Assembly (NCBI GenBank): GCA_036273735.1
Contig: DASUHA010000033.1
Coordinates: forward strand, 23,978 to 47,977
Length of the DNA: 24,000 bases
Source of the DNA: Steroidobacteraceae bacterium
GTDB lineage: Bacteria > Pseudomonadota > Gammaproteobacteria > Steroidobacterales > Steroidobacteraceae
Direction of reading: 5' to 3'
In this document: positions 15,789 through 23,510 of the stretch, piece after piece
Layout of the letters: each line of letters starts with the position of its first letter
Numbering within the stretch: position 1 is the first letter of the stretch
Made by a program: the position numbers and the translations under genes
The notes under the pieces: model-generated
Told to the model about the DNA's origin: nothing
Databases searched by the model: none
The model's input: the letters and a program-made list of their open reading frames with translations, nothing else

Positions 15789-16493
15789 ATGCTGCTTCCG
15801 AAAACCTTTGCCCATTTCAATGGCTGCCTTTACGTTCCCGATCAAGGGCGCTACTTACTGAAACTACTTGAGACTGGCGGGGCACGTCAGTTCCTAGACG
15901 AGCTGGAGCGGCTGTCAAAGTTAGGGTCGCCATGGGCATCGGCAATTCTTGGATATATGGCTTTGATGCCCGGACCCGATGGAACGCGTGATGTTGCTCG
16001 CGCACTGGAGCTGTGCAGGCCCCACGCTCATGCTGGAGATTCGTACGCACAGTTCGTCTTCGCGTGGGCTTGATTCTCAGTAGTCAACTAAAGCTCGGAT
16101 TCGAGTCGATGCAGAAGGCGGCTGGATCCGGATTTGCTCCGGCATCCGTCGATCTTGCTACCCTTATCTGGAATCTTCCTGCCAAAGTGGCAAGCGATAC
16201 CGCCGCCGCTCTCCAAGCGTTGAAGGTCGCAGGCCGAGCAGGGCATAAGGCGTCTGCGGTATGGAGGTATGCCTTCTATAAATCTGGTCGCGTTGGCCTA
16301 TGGCGGCGACCGATTGTCTATCTCTTCGCGCCCTTCGCCCGGTTGCGCCTGATTTTCGCCGGATTCAAAGATCCATTTCCGTGCCGAGTGGTTCATCTTT
16401 CAGCAGCACGTCACCTCGCCGCTACTTCGCGAGGTACCGCGGCCGCCATTCTTCCAAGCGTTCGTGGACAGTTTCCGGGAGAGTTTCCCTTAG
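15789..16493 (+). pseudogene. Sel1/TPR-like repeat protein with two compensating frameshifts
   Basis: Frame 0: MLLPKTFAHFNGCLYVPDQGRYLLKLLE...ALELCRPHAHAGDSYAQFVFAWA (15789-16070). Frame 2: LILSSQLKLGFESMQKAAGSGFAPASVDLATLIW...AGRAGHKASAVWRYAFYKSG...AGFKDPF (to about 16378). Back in frame 0: RAEWFIFQQHVTSPLLREVPRPPFFQAFVDSFRESFP* (16380-16493). Confidence 0.55.
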
Positions 16494-16522
16494 CCCATCG
16501 CATCGCTGGCTCCTGAGCCGCT

Positions 16523-17113
16523 TCAAGCGGCAGGGCTGATGATGTCGCTGGGCGAGGTAATGAGGACGCAGGTGCAGCCCGTTTCGCTCCATACGAGTGT
16601 GTCGGCCGTGCCAGGCTCTGCTCGATTATAGTCCCCGGGGTAGAGCTTGCGATCCTCTATCCAGAGCTCACCGCTCAGGAGAAACAGCTCTTCCACTCCT
16701 GCGTGGCGGTGAGGCGGATACGCGGTACCCGGAGAGAGGCGCACCAACATACTCACCCGGTCGTGCTCCGTGTCGGTCGCAAGCAGCTTGCAGGAAATGC
16801 CGGGCGCCACATCCTCCCATTCGGCTTCCTTCCAGGCGAGGACCTCGGGCAGCACGGAGTCCTCACGGGCCTCTTCACCGAGGCGCTCCTGGACGCGGCT
16901 CCACATCGAGTGCGACGGTCGGAGAATATCCACGGGCCAGGACGCGAAGGAATCGACCACAGGGTGCAGTGACTCGAGTTCTTGCCGACATTCGGGGCAA
17001 CTCGCGAGGTGCTCTTCCAGGAGTCGTATCTCGCTGGAGGGCAATGCGCCCAGGACGTACAGGGGGATCAGCTCGGCCCGCTCGCAACGGGGTTGTTCCG
17101 CATTTGCGCTCAC
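16523..17113 (-). CDS. ChrR-like anti-sigma factor with N-terminal zinc-binding motif and C-terminal cupin domain
   Basis: LYVLGALPSSEIRLLEEHLASCPECRQELESL (H-x3-C-x2-C) and LVRLSPGTAYPPHRHAGVEELFLLSGELWIEDRKLYPGDYNRAEPGT cupin core. 4-nt overlap with the upstream sigma gene. Confidence 0.88.
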   Translation of the reverse strand: MSANAEQPRCERAELIPLYVLGALPSSEIRLLEEHLASCPECRQELESLHPVVDSFASWPVDILRPSHSMWSRVQERLGEEAREDSVLPEVLAWKEAEWEDVAPGISCKLLATDTEHDRVSMLVRLSPGTAYPPHRHAGVEELFLLSGELWIEDRKLYPGDYNRAEPGTADTLVWSETGCTCVLITSPSDIISPAA

Positions 17114-17823
17114 GGTGGTCGTTCCCTCTGCACGGACAAGGCCTGGCGGAGCTTCTCCAGACCCGAGCGAATTCGCGTCTTGACCGTGCCGAGCGGCAGA
17201 TCAAGCCGCGCAGCGACTTCCGCGTAGCTCAGCTCCAGAAAGAAAGCGGCCTCGATCGCCTCGCGCTCGGCCGACGTTAGCACGCTCAGGGATTTCCTCA
17301 GGACCTGGCCCTGCTGGAGGGCTTCGATCGCCTCGCCGGTGTTGTCCATACCGCCTCCCACAGATCCGTCGTCTGCGGGAAAAGGCGCGGTGCGCTTCTT
17401 TCGTTGCTCGTACCGTAAGCGGTCGATCGCCCGGCTGCGTGCCTGGTTCATGATCCAACCCAAGACGGGGCCGCCAGCGGGGTCATACCCGGCTGCTCGC
17501 TGCCAAACCGCATGGAAGGTGTCCACCGTCACCTCCTCCGCGGACTGGCGGTCGTTGAGAAGCCGCGCGAGAAAGGTGAAGACCAAGCGGTGCGTGCTCT
17601 GGTACAAAGCGCGTAGCGCGCGTTGATCTCCGGCAGCCATCGCTCGCACGAGCGCCACCCACGCGCCTTCCGATACACGCGCCCGTGTACGGTCCGCATA
17701 AAGCAAGTCACCAAGGGTATCCGGCGGGCAATCAACCTTCGGCCCCTTGGTCTCCGGTGCTGCGTTTACGCTCACGACCAGAAATAATGCCCCCATCGTC
17801 CGCGGGTGGCAAGGAGTGGCCAT
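17110..17823 (-). CDS. ECF-family RNA polymerase sigma factor
   Basis: Region 2: LYQSTHRLVFTFLARLLNDRQSAEEVTVDTFHAVWQRA...GWIMNQARSRAIDRLR. Region 4: LTSAEREAIEAAFFLELSYAEVAARLDLPLGTVKTRIRSGLEKLRQAL. The 5' end is uncertain (17823, 17796 or a GTG near 17775). Confidence 0.9.
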   Translation of the reverse strand: MATPCHPRTMGALFLVVSVNAAPETKGPKVDCPPDTLGDLLYADRTRARVSEGAWVALVRAMAAGDQRALRALYQSTHRLVFTFLARLLNDRQSAEEVTVDTFHAVWQRAAGYDPAGGPVLGWIMNQARSRAIDRLRYEQRKKRTAPFPADDGSVGGGMDNTGEAIEALQQGQVLRKSLSVLTSAEREAIEAAFFLELSYAEVAARLDLPLGTVKTRIRSGLEKLRQALSVQRERPP

Positions 17824-18133
17824 TCAAGTCGCGGGTCCGGCGCTCGGTCTCCCATGCCCCGAAGCACTTGGCATGGACGTGGTAGCTGGTCGCGGCCGCG
17901 ACCTGGTCCGAAGCGAACTGAAGCTCAAGTTCGACATCATCCTTATCCACCGCCTCGCCACACACGGCGCATGGTTCGCCACTGCCGGGCCCGCCCCACA
18001 CACGTTCGGGGCGATGGTTTGGCAAGCTGCCCGTCGTCATCGCCTCTCGAGCCCGGACGCGCGGTACACTCTCTTCACCCATCTTTTTTACTCCTCCCGC
18101 CGGCCGCAGCCGCGTTCCTCCATAGAACGACAA
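17732..18133 (-). CDS. Small conserved-type protein with CxxC and HxHxxC motifs, unknown function
   Basis: LPNHRPERVWGGPGSGEPCAVCGEAVDKDDVELELQFASDQVAAATSYHVHAKCFGAWETERR. Resembles a small cysteine-rich hypothetical family in proteobacteria. Start may be the internal ATG at 18082. Confidence 0.6.
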   Translation of the reverse strand: MSFYGGTRLRPAGGVKKMGEESVPRVRAREAMTTGSLPNHRPERVWGGPGSGEPCAVCGEAVDKDDVELELQFASDQVAAATSYHVHAKCFGAWETERRTRDLNGHSLPPADDGGIISGRERKRSTGDQGAEG

Positions 18134-18273
18134 ATACGGCTTGGCGGATTTCCCGTGCGCCGCTCCAGCGGCGCCGAGGAATATGCGAATGCGAAGGGCG
18201 CCGGGTTCGAGCTACTCGTGCCGAAACCCGTTACGCTCGAGTCGCTTCACGCTCTCCTGTTGAGCCGGCTGCC

Positions 18274-19431
18274 TCAGTTGGAGGTGTTGGAGGTCGAGGA
18301 AAATATGCGCTCGAGCTCATAAGGCTTCGCCGCTTCCAGCTGCTGGTACGTGCACTCCTCCGCCCGCTTGTCGGGTCGCCAGCGCAGAAACTGAGTCGCG
18401 TGACGAAAGCGCCGGCCCTGCATGTGATCGTATTTGACCTCGCAGACGCGCTCGATCCTGAGGGGCTCCCAGGACAGATCCTTCCCGGCACTCCAGCGAC
18501 TTTGGGCGCCGGGCATTCGGGTCGATTCGGCAGCCGGGCTCGCCCAATCGCGCCAGGGATGATCGCGCGTCGCATTCCTGCGTAGCGGTGCGAGCTCCTC
18601 CGCAAGTTGCCGCCGCATCGCCATCGTGAACGAGGATGTAACTCCCACGTGCTGGAGGGCTCCCGCCTCATCGTACAGCCCGAGCAACAGCGAACCCACG
18701 ACATCGTTGCCGCTTTTGTGCCGGCGGAGGCCGGCTACTACACAATCAGCCGTGCGCACGTGCTTGACCTTGATCATGGCGCGTTTGCCGGGCACGTACG
18801 TCCCCGATCGCAGCTTCGCGATCACTCCGTCCAGTCCCGCTCCTTCGAAGCGCGTCAGCCAGTCGCGCGCGATGGAATGATCGCGGGTCATGGGCGTGAT
18901 GTGAATGGGTGGTCCCGTTCCTCGGAGCAACTCTTCGAGCGCGGCGCGTCGTGTCGCTTGTGGCTCCGCCATGAAACTGTGTTTCCCTCGCGCCAGGATA
19001 TCGAAGGCTACGAAGGAAGATGGCGCCTCGTGAGCGAGCTTCTCGACGCGTGACGCCGCCGGGTGGAGCCTGAGCTGCAGCGCGTCGAAGTCCAGGCCCG
19101 CTTTCGTCGCAATCACGATCTCGCCGTCCAGGACCGAGCTCGCGGGCAGCCCCCGAAGCAGCGCCTCATGCAAGTCAGGAAAGTACCGGTCGAGCGGCCG
19201 CGCGTCGCGGCTCTGTATGTAGACTCCGCCTGGGTCGCGAAACACGATCGCCCGAAAGCCATCCCATTTGGGCTCATATAGATAGTCGCCGAGGGGCAAC
19301 TCGCTCCCGAGCTTAGCCAGCATCGGTTCGACCGGTGGCGCGACGGCGAGTCCAGCCCAACGTTTTTTCCGCTTCACGAGCAGTCTGCCGTAGCGCTCGG
19401 CGTTCCCGCCGAGCCGAGAGCGGACCGGCAC
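18274..19431 (-). CDS. ATP-dependent DNA ligase (stand-alone, LigD-ligase-domain/LigC-like)
   Basis: LGDYLYEPKWDGFRAIVFRD (KxDG nucleotidylation motif), VLDGEIVI, FVAFDILA, GLDGVIAKLRSGTYVPGKR, MIKVKHVRTADCVVAGLR, and the C-terminal OB-fold region. Confidence 0.92.
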   Translation of the reverse strand: MPVRSRLGGNAERYGRLLVKRKKRWAGLAVAPPVEPMLAKLGSELPLGDYLYEPKWDGFRAIVFRDPGGVYIQSRDARPLDRYFPDLHEALLRGLPASSVLDGEIVIATKAGLDFDALQLRLHPAASRVEKLAHEAPSSFVAFDILARGKHSFMAEPQATRRAALEELLRGTGPPIHITPMTRDHSIARDWLTRFEGAGLDGVIAKLRSGTYVPGKRAMIKVKHVRTADCVVAGLRRHKSGNDVVGSLLLGLYDEAGALQHVGVTSSFTMAMRRQLAEELAPLRRNATRDHPWRDWASPAAESTRMPGAQSRWSAGKDLSWEPLRIERVCEVKYDHMQGRRFRHATQFLRWRPDKRAEECTYQQLEAAKPYELERIFSSTSNTSN

Positions 19432-19569
19432 GCGAGTTGCGGGCGCAGTGAGCGGTGTCGGAATGCGCGAAAGTCGCTACAAGCGTTGTCGCTGACGATG
19501 CGCGATTCCCGATTCCCGAGGAGTTCGTTCCGTCGCCGTGAAAACCTGGAACTGAATGAGGACTGAGCG

Positions 19570-20430
19570 ATGAGCGCTCCATTTCCGAAACCGCCATTTG
19601 CCGACCAGCGCCAACCCGTGCCGGGAAAGAGCGCCGCCATGGACCCGCCGCCCGACCACGGTGAGGAGAGCTATAAAGGCTCGGGACGGCTGACCGGCAA
19701 GAAGGCAGTGATCACCGGCGCCGATAGTGGCATCGGTCGCGCGGTCGCGCTGGCTTACGCGCGGGAGGGCGCGGATGTACTAGTGAGCTATTGTAATGAG
19801 CACGACGACGCGCGGGAGACACAGCGCCTCATTGAAGAGGCGGGACGCAAGTGCATCCTGGTGAGTGGCGACATCAAGGATCCGAAGCACTGTCAAGCCC
19901 TCATCGAGAAGGCCGTAAAGACTTTCGGCCGCATCGACATTCTGGTCAATAACGCTGCTCATCAGGCCAGCTTCGATTCCCCTGAAGAGATCAGTGACGA
20001 GGAGTGGGACGTTACTTTTCGCACGAACATCTATGCGATGTTCTATCTCACGAAAGCGGCGCTGCGGCACATGAAACCCGGCGCTGCGATCATCAACACC
20101 ACCTCGGTGAACGCGGATACGCCAAGTCCGCAACTCCTCGCCTACGCGACGACGAAGGGCGCGATCCAGAACTTCACGGGCGGCCTTGCCCAGCTGCTTG
20201 CAGAACGCGGTATTCGCGTCAATTGCGTCGCGCCCGGACCAATTTGGACGCCACTGATTCCGTCCACGATGCCCAAGGACAAAGTGAAGAACTTTGGAAG
20301 CCAAGTGCCGATGAAGCGGCCAGGGCAGCCGAAGGAGCTCGCGCCCGTGTACGTCATGCTCGCCGCGGACGAGGCGAGTTATGTGTCCGGAGCAACCGTA
20401 GCCGTGACGGGCGGCAAACCAATTCTCTGA
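19570..20430 (+). CDS. Short-chain dehydrogenase/reductase (YghA-like oxidoreductase)
   Basis: GSGRLTGKKAVITGADSGIGRAVALAYAREGADV (TGxxxGIG), VNNAA, IINTTSVNA, AYATTKGAIQNFT (YxxxK), APGPIWTPLIPSTM. Confidence 0.92.
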   Translation: MSAPFPKPPFADQRQPVPGKSAAMDPPPDHGEESYKGSGRLTGKKAVITGADSGIGRAVALAYAREGADVLVSYCNEHDDARETQRLIEEAGRKCILVSGDIKDPKHCQALIEKAVKTFGRIDILVNNAAHQASFDSPEEISDEEWDVTFRTNIYAMFYLTKAALRHMKPGAAIINTTSVNADTPSPQLLAYATTKGAIQNFTGGLAQLLAERGIRVNCVAPGPIWTPLIPSTMPKDKVKNFGSQVPMKRPGQPKELAPVYVMLAADEASYVSGATVAVTGGKPIL

Positions 20431-20597
20431 TGGCGTAAACAGCCAACTTCGGGAAATCAATGGGTTAGTGCGGAAGGGTTGTGCGCCAGCGGGCAGTCGC
20501 AGCCGGCGGTCGCTTCGTGCGTTGATTCGGACCTGGGCCCGGCCTAGACTTTTCGAGCAGTCCAGCGCGGCACCCGAGACTGCAGCGAGGGTGAGCC

Positions 20598-20963
20598 ATG
20601 CAAGGGTCTCTCTTCCGTTTCTACGTGCACGAGGGCCACCGCCACCGCGGGCGCCTTGCATGGGAGTGGCTGCTCGAGCAAGGCAACGAACTCGGTATTC
20701 GGGGCGGCTCCGCCTTCAAGGCCATGGCCGGGTTCGGCCGACATCACGTTCTGCACGAGGCGCGTTTCTTCGAGCTTGCAGGAACTCTCACTGTCGAAGT
20801 GGAGTTCATCGTGTCGCCTGAGGAGGCGCAGAAGCTCCTGGAGCTGCTACACAGGGAGGAGGTGCGCCTTTTCTACGCCTACACGCCCGCCTGCTTCGGC
20901 GTGATCAATCCGGACGCGTCCGACGCACCCTCCGTGAGAGGCTGTCCCGAGTCGATCGCATAG
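20598..20963 (+). CDS. DUF190-family protein
   Basis: LFRFYVHEGHRHRGRLAWEWLLEQGNELGIRGGSAFKAMAGFGRHHVLHEARFFELAGTLTVEVEFIVSPEEAQKLLELL. Confidence 0.8.
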   Translation: MQGSLFRFYVHEGHRHRGRLAWEWLLEQGNELGIRGGSAFKAMAGFGRHHVLHEARFFELAGTLTVEVEFIVSPEEAQKLLELLHREEVRLFYAYTPACFGVINPDASDAPSVRGCPESIA

Positions 20964-21031
20964 TGACGCGCGGCCGCCGAGGGGCCAAGGCATCCGCCGC
21001 GCGGCCGCGTCCGGACTGGACGGCTCAGCCC

Positions 21032-21436
21032 TCAGTGGGAGGTGAAAGCCTCGCGAAGCTGCCGAAACTGCGCTTTCATCTGATTCGCGTTCGCTGCCAA
21101 CTGGCGCTTGGTGGTCGGGCCGTCCGCGGCCGCCGCTTTGATGAAGGCGAGATCCGCCCTGGGCCTATCTCCGGCGACCAGGTAGCACTGACCGGCCAAC
21201 CGGTATTGCGCTTTGCGAAATGCCAGGTCCGCTCGCTCGTGGGCCAGCCTCGCGTCCTTACCGAGGCATGCCTTCTGCCCGGTATCGGCGGCGGTGCTGG
21301 CGGTCGGACTGCCCGCCGCAGCGGTAGGCATGCCCTGCAGGATCGCTGGACTCGAACAGAGACTGAGGACGACGAGAAGTCCCCACCGCAGCGAGCGACG
21401 AGTGTGCGCATTCATCATGTCAGCCCCTCCTGTCAC
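21032..21436 (-). CDS. Small secreted/exported hypothetical protein
   Basis: 134 aa with a signal-peptide-like N-terminus (MNAHTRRSLRWGLLVVLSLCSSPAILQG); start probably at 21418 or 21415. Confidence 0.55.
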   Translation of the reverse strand: MTGGADMMNAHTRRSLRWGLLVVLSLCSSPAILQGMPTAAAGSPTASTAADTGQKACLGKDARLAHERADLAFRKAQYRLAGQCYLVAGDRPRADLAFIKAAAADGPTTKRQLAANANQMKAQFRQLREAFTSH

Positions 21437-21580
21437 CGAACCACAATGGGCTCGGTTTCGGGCTCAACAAGGCGCGGCCTCTCTCCCCGAGGAGGTAGGG
21501 CGTCTACTTCCATATGGGGCGCAGGCGCCTATCATCCCGACTTGCTGGTACTACGAACCGCCAGACAGGCAGGTGCGCAC

Positions 21581-22045
21581 GTGAACAGAAAAATCTACGT
21601 CAATACGAGGCCGTCACCTTACGTCGAAGAAATCGTTGTCGGGGGCCATACGCTCCTCGCGGACGAGCCGAGCGAGGTCGGAGGTATGGACGCGGGGCCG
21701 AACCCCTACGAGCTCCTTCTGGCCGCCCTCGGGACGTGCACCTGCATCACGGTGCGAATGTATGCGGAGCGCAAGCATTGGCTGCTCGAGGCGGTGCAGG
21801 TGACCCTGACGCACGCCAAGGCCCATGCCGAGGATTGTGTCGCGTGCGAGACCGAGGCCAGGTCGCTCGATCAGATAGAGGTGGAGATCAGCCTGACGGG
21901 AGATTTGTCCGGCGAGCAGCGGCAAAGGCTGCTCGCGATTGCCGGCAAGTGCCCGGTCCACCGCACACTGATCTCCCAGGTCCGGATCAGTACGCGCGCC
22001 GTGCAGCCCCTCGAGGTTGCGCCCGCTTCATCAGGTACTCCCTGA
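21581..22045 (+). CDS. OsmC/Ohr-family protein
   Basis: GTG start: MNRKIYVNTRPSPYVEEIVVGGHTLLADEPSEVGGMDAGPNPYELLLAALGTCTCITVRMYAERK...LAIAGKCPVHRTLISQVRISTRA, with both redox Cys positions. The ORF track extends to 20963 without support. Confidence 0.88.
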   Translation: MNRKIYVNTRPSPYVEEIVVGGHTLLADEPSEVGGMDAGPNPYELLLAALGTCTCITVRMYAERKHWLLEAVQVTLTHAKAHAEDCVACETEARSLDQIEVEISLTGDLSGEQRQRLLAIAGKCPVHRTLISQVRISTRAVQPLEVAPASSGTP

Positions 22046-22054
22046 AGCCTTCGG

Positions 22055-22789
22055 TCAGGAAATCGAGGTCGCGAGAGAGCCGGCGCTCGCGATCGTTCCG
22101 GTCGCGATGACCGCCCCGGTCGGCTGGCCTGTCGGCGAGCCGCCGGGCGGTTCCACTGAAACGGCAAGCACCGCCGTCGGACCTACCCGGGCGAGCAGAG
22201 CGGGCCCCAGCGGGAGAGTAATAGGCGCGTCGGCGGCTATCATACCGACGGCAATGGGCTTCTCGCCTTTGGGGATCAGCCAGAGCTCTGGAGCACGACC
22301 CGTCGCCAGGCCCTGCGGGGCGGCGGGCACGACGATGATCCGCGCGTTGCTGATGTCCATCGTCGCTGTCCAACCAACGTTGCCGTTCTGCTGTGCGAGC
22401 GTCGATGCCATGTATGTGACGGATGGTGCCGACGGCTGGCGGACGATGAGGACAAGAGCCAGGATGCACGCCACGGCTATCGCACCGGCCCCCAGGCTCA
22501 ACCAGTGCCACACGCGCACATTCTCCCAGAAACCCGGCGGCTGGCGGTCTCGAGGATCAAAGCGCAGTTCCGTGCGAATCCTCTGCCAGAGACGCATCGG
22601 CGGCTCGCGATCGGCGATCTCCGCGGCCAGTGGCAGCAGGCGGCGATGCCACGCTGCGACGGTGGCCGCGGCCGCATCGCTCTCCTGCATCTCGCGCTCT
22701 ACGGCGGCGCGTGCATCCGCGTCGAGTACGCCGAGGACGTATTCGGCATAGCGCAGCTCGGGGTCGTCGTCGCGTAGCGGAGTGTTCAT
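22055..22789 (-). CDS. RskA-like anti-sigma factor (single TM)
   Basis: RYAEYVLGVLDADARAAVEREMQ...RIRTELRF...; TM segment GAIAVACILALVLIV; C-terminal ARIIVVPAAPQGLATGRAPELWLIPKGEKPIAVGMI...LAVSVEPPGGSPTGQPTGAVIATGTI typical of RskA domains. Confidence 0.92.
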   Translation of the reverse strand: MNTPLRDDDPELRYAEYVLGVLDADARAAVEREMQESDAAAATVAAWHRRLLPLAAEIADREPPMRLWQRIRTELRFDPRDRQPPGFWENVRVWHWLSLGAGAIAVACILALVLIVRQPSAPSVTYMASTLAQQNGNVGWTATMDISNARIIVVPAAPQGLATGRAPELWLIPKGEKPIAVGMIAADAPITLPLGPALLARVGPTAVLAVSVEPPGGSPTGQPTGAVIATGTIASAGSLATSIS

Positions 22790-23364
22790 GATTCAAGGCA
22801 CGAGCGCAGTTGCATCAGGCCTCGGCGGATCCAGCTCTTCATGGTTGGAAGCGGTACCTGACATCGCTCTGCCAACTGCTTGTACGTCGCTCCGGAGAAA
22901 AAGGCTTCACGCACCGAGCGCCGCTGCCTTGCTTCCAGCTGCTCCAGGCAGTTGGCCAAGCGGGCATAGTCCTGGCTCGACTCGACCTCCGTTGCCGGCT
23001 CCAGGCGCTCATCCGGCAACCGCTCGAGGTCGATCGGATCATCCAACACCCGCTCGCGCCGCTGCCGCAGCCGGTCAATCGCCTTGTTGCGCGTGAGTGC
23101 GATGAGCCAGGTGAGCGCCCCTGCACGCGCGGGCTCGAAACTCGCGGCGCGCTGCCAGACCGTGGTGAAGACCTCCTGCAGGACTTCTTCGGACTCTTCC
23201 CGTTCCCGCAGCATGCGCAAGCAAACGCCAAAGAGACGGGCGCAGGTCCGCCGGTAGAGCTCCGCGAAGGCTCGCCGATCCCGATCGGCCGTGCGCGCCA
23301 GAAGGTCTTCCAGGGTGTGGCGCATGCCGTCGGCTGCGGTCATCCGGAGATTCTCCGCTGGCAA
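22786..23364 (-). CDS. ECF-family RNA polymerase sigma factor (SigK-like)
   Basis: AFAELYRRTCARLFGVCLRMLREREESEEVLQEVFTTVWQRAASFEPARAGALTWLIALTRNKAIDRLR...REAFFSGATYKQLAERCQVPLPTMKSWIRRGLMQLRSCLE. 4-nt overlap with the RskA-like gene. Confidence 0.94.
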   Translation of the reverse strand: MPAENLRMTAADGMRHTLEDLLARTADRDRRAFAELYRRTCARLFGVCLRMLREREESEEVLQEVFTTVWQRAASFEPARAGALTWLIALTRNKAIDRLRQRRERVLDDPIDLERLPDERLEPATEVESSQDYARLANCLEQLEARQRRSVREAFFSGATYKQLAERCQVPLPTMKSWIRRGLMQLRSCLES

Positions 23365-23510
23365 ATGCCCGGCGGCAACTTTTTACTTGGGGTGCGGGTC
23401 AAGGGCGCGGGGCGGCAAGACTGGGGTCGCAGGGATAAGTCGGCGAGGCTGCATCCAACTGCAGGTTGCATACGTACTGTGTGACGCCATCTCACCGTGG
23501 AGTCCCGCCC

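Noticed and set aside
19477-19500. Short duplication GATTCCC-GATTCCC between the ligase and the SDR gene
   Set aside because: Only about two 7-bp copies; too short to call a functional repeat.
19780-20661. 293-aa minus ORF opposite the SDR gene
   Set aside because: Shadow ORF; the SDR on the plus strand has TGxxxGIG and YxxxK motifs.
20963-21580. N-terminal 206 aa of the ORF containing OsmC, and the other ORFs in 21032-21436 +
   Set aside because: No homology-like content before MNRKIYVNTRPSPYVEE. The opposite strand has a signal-peptide-bearing ORF.
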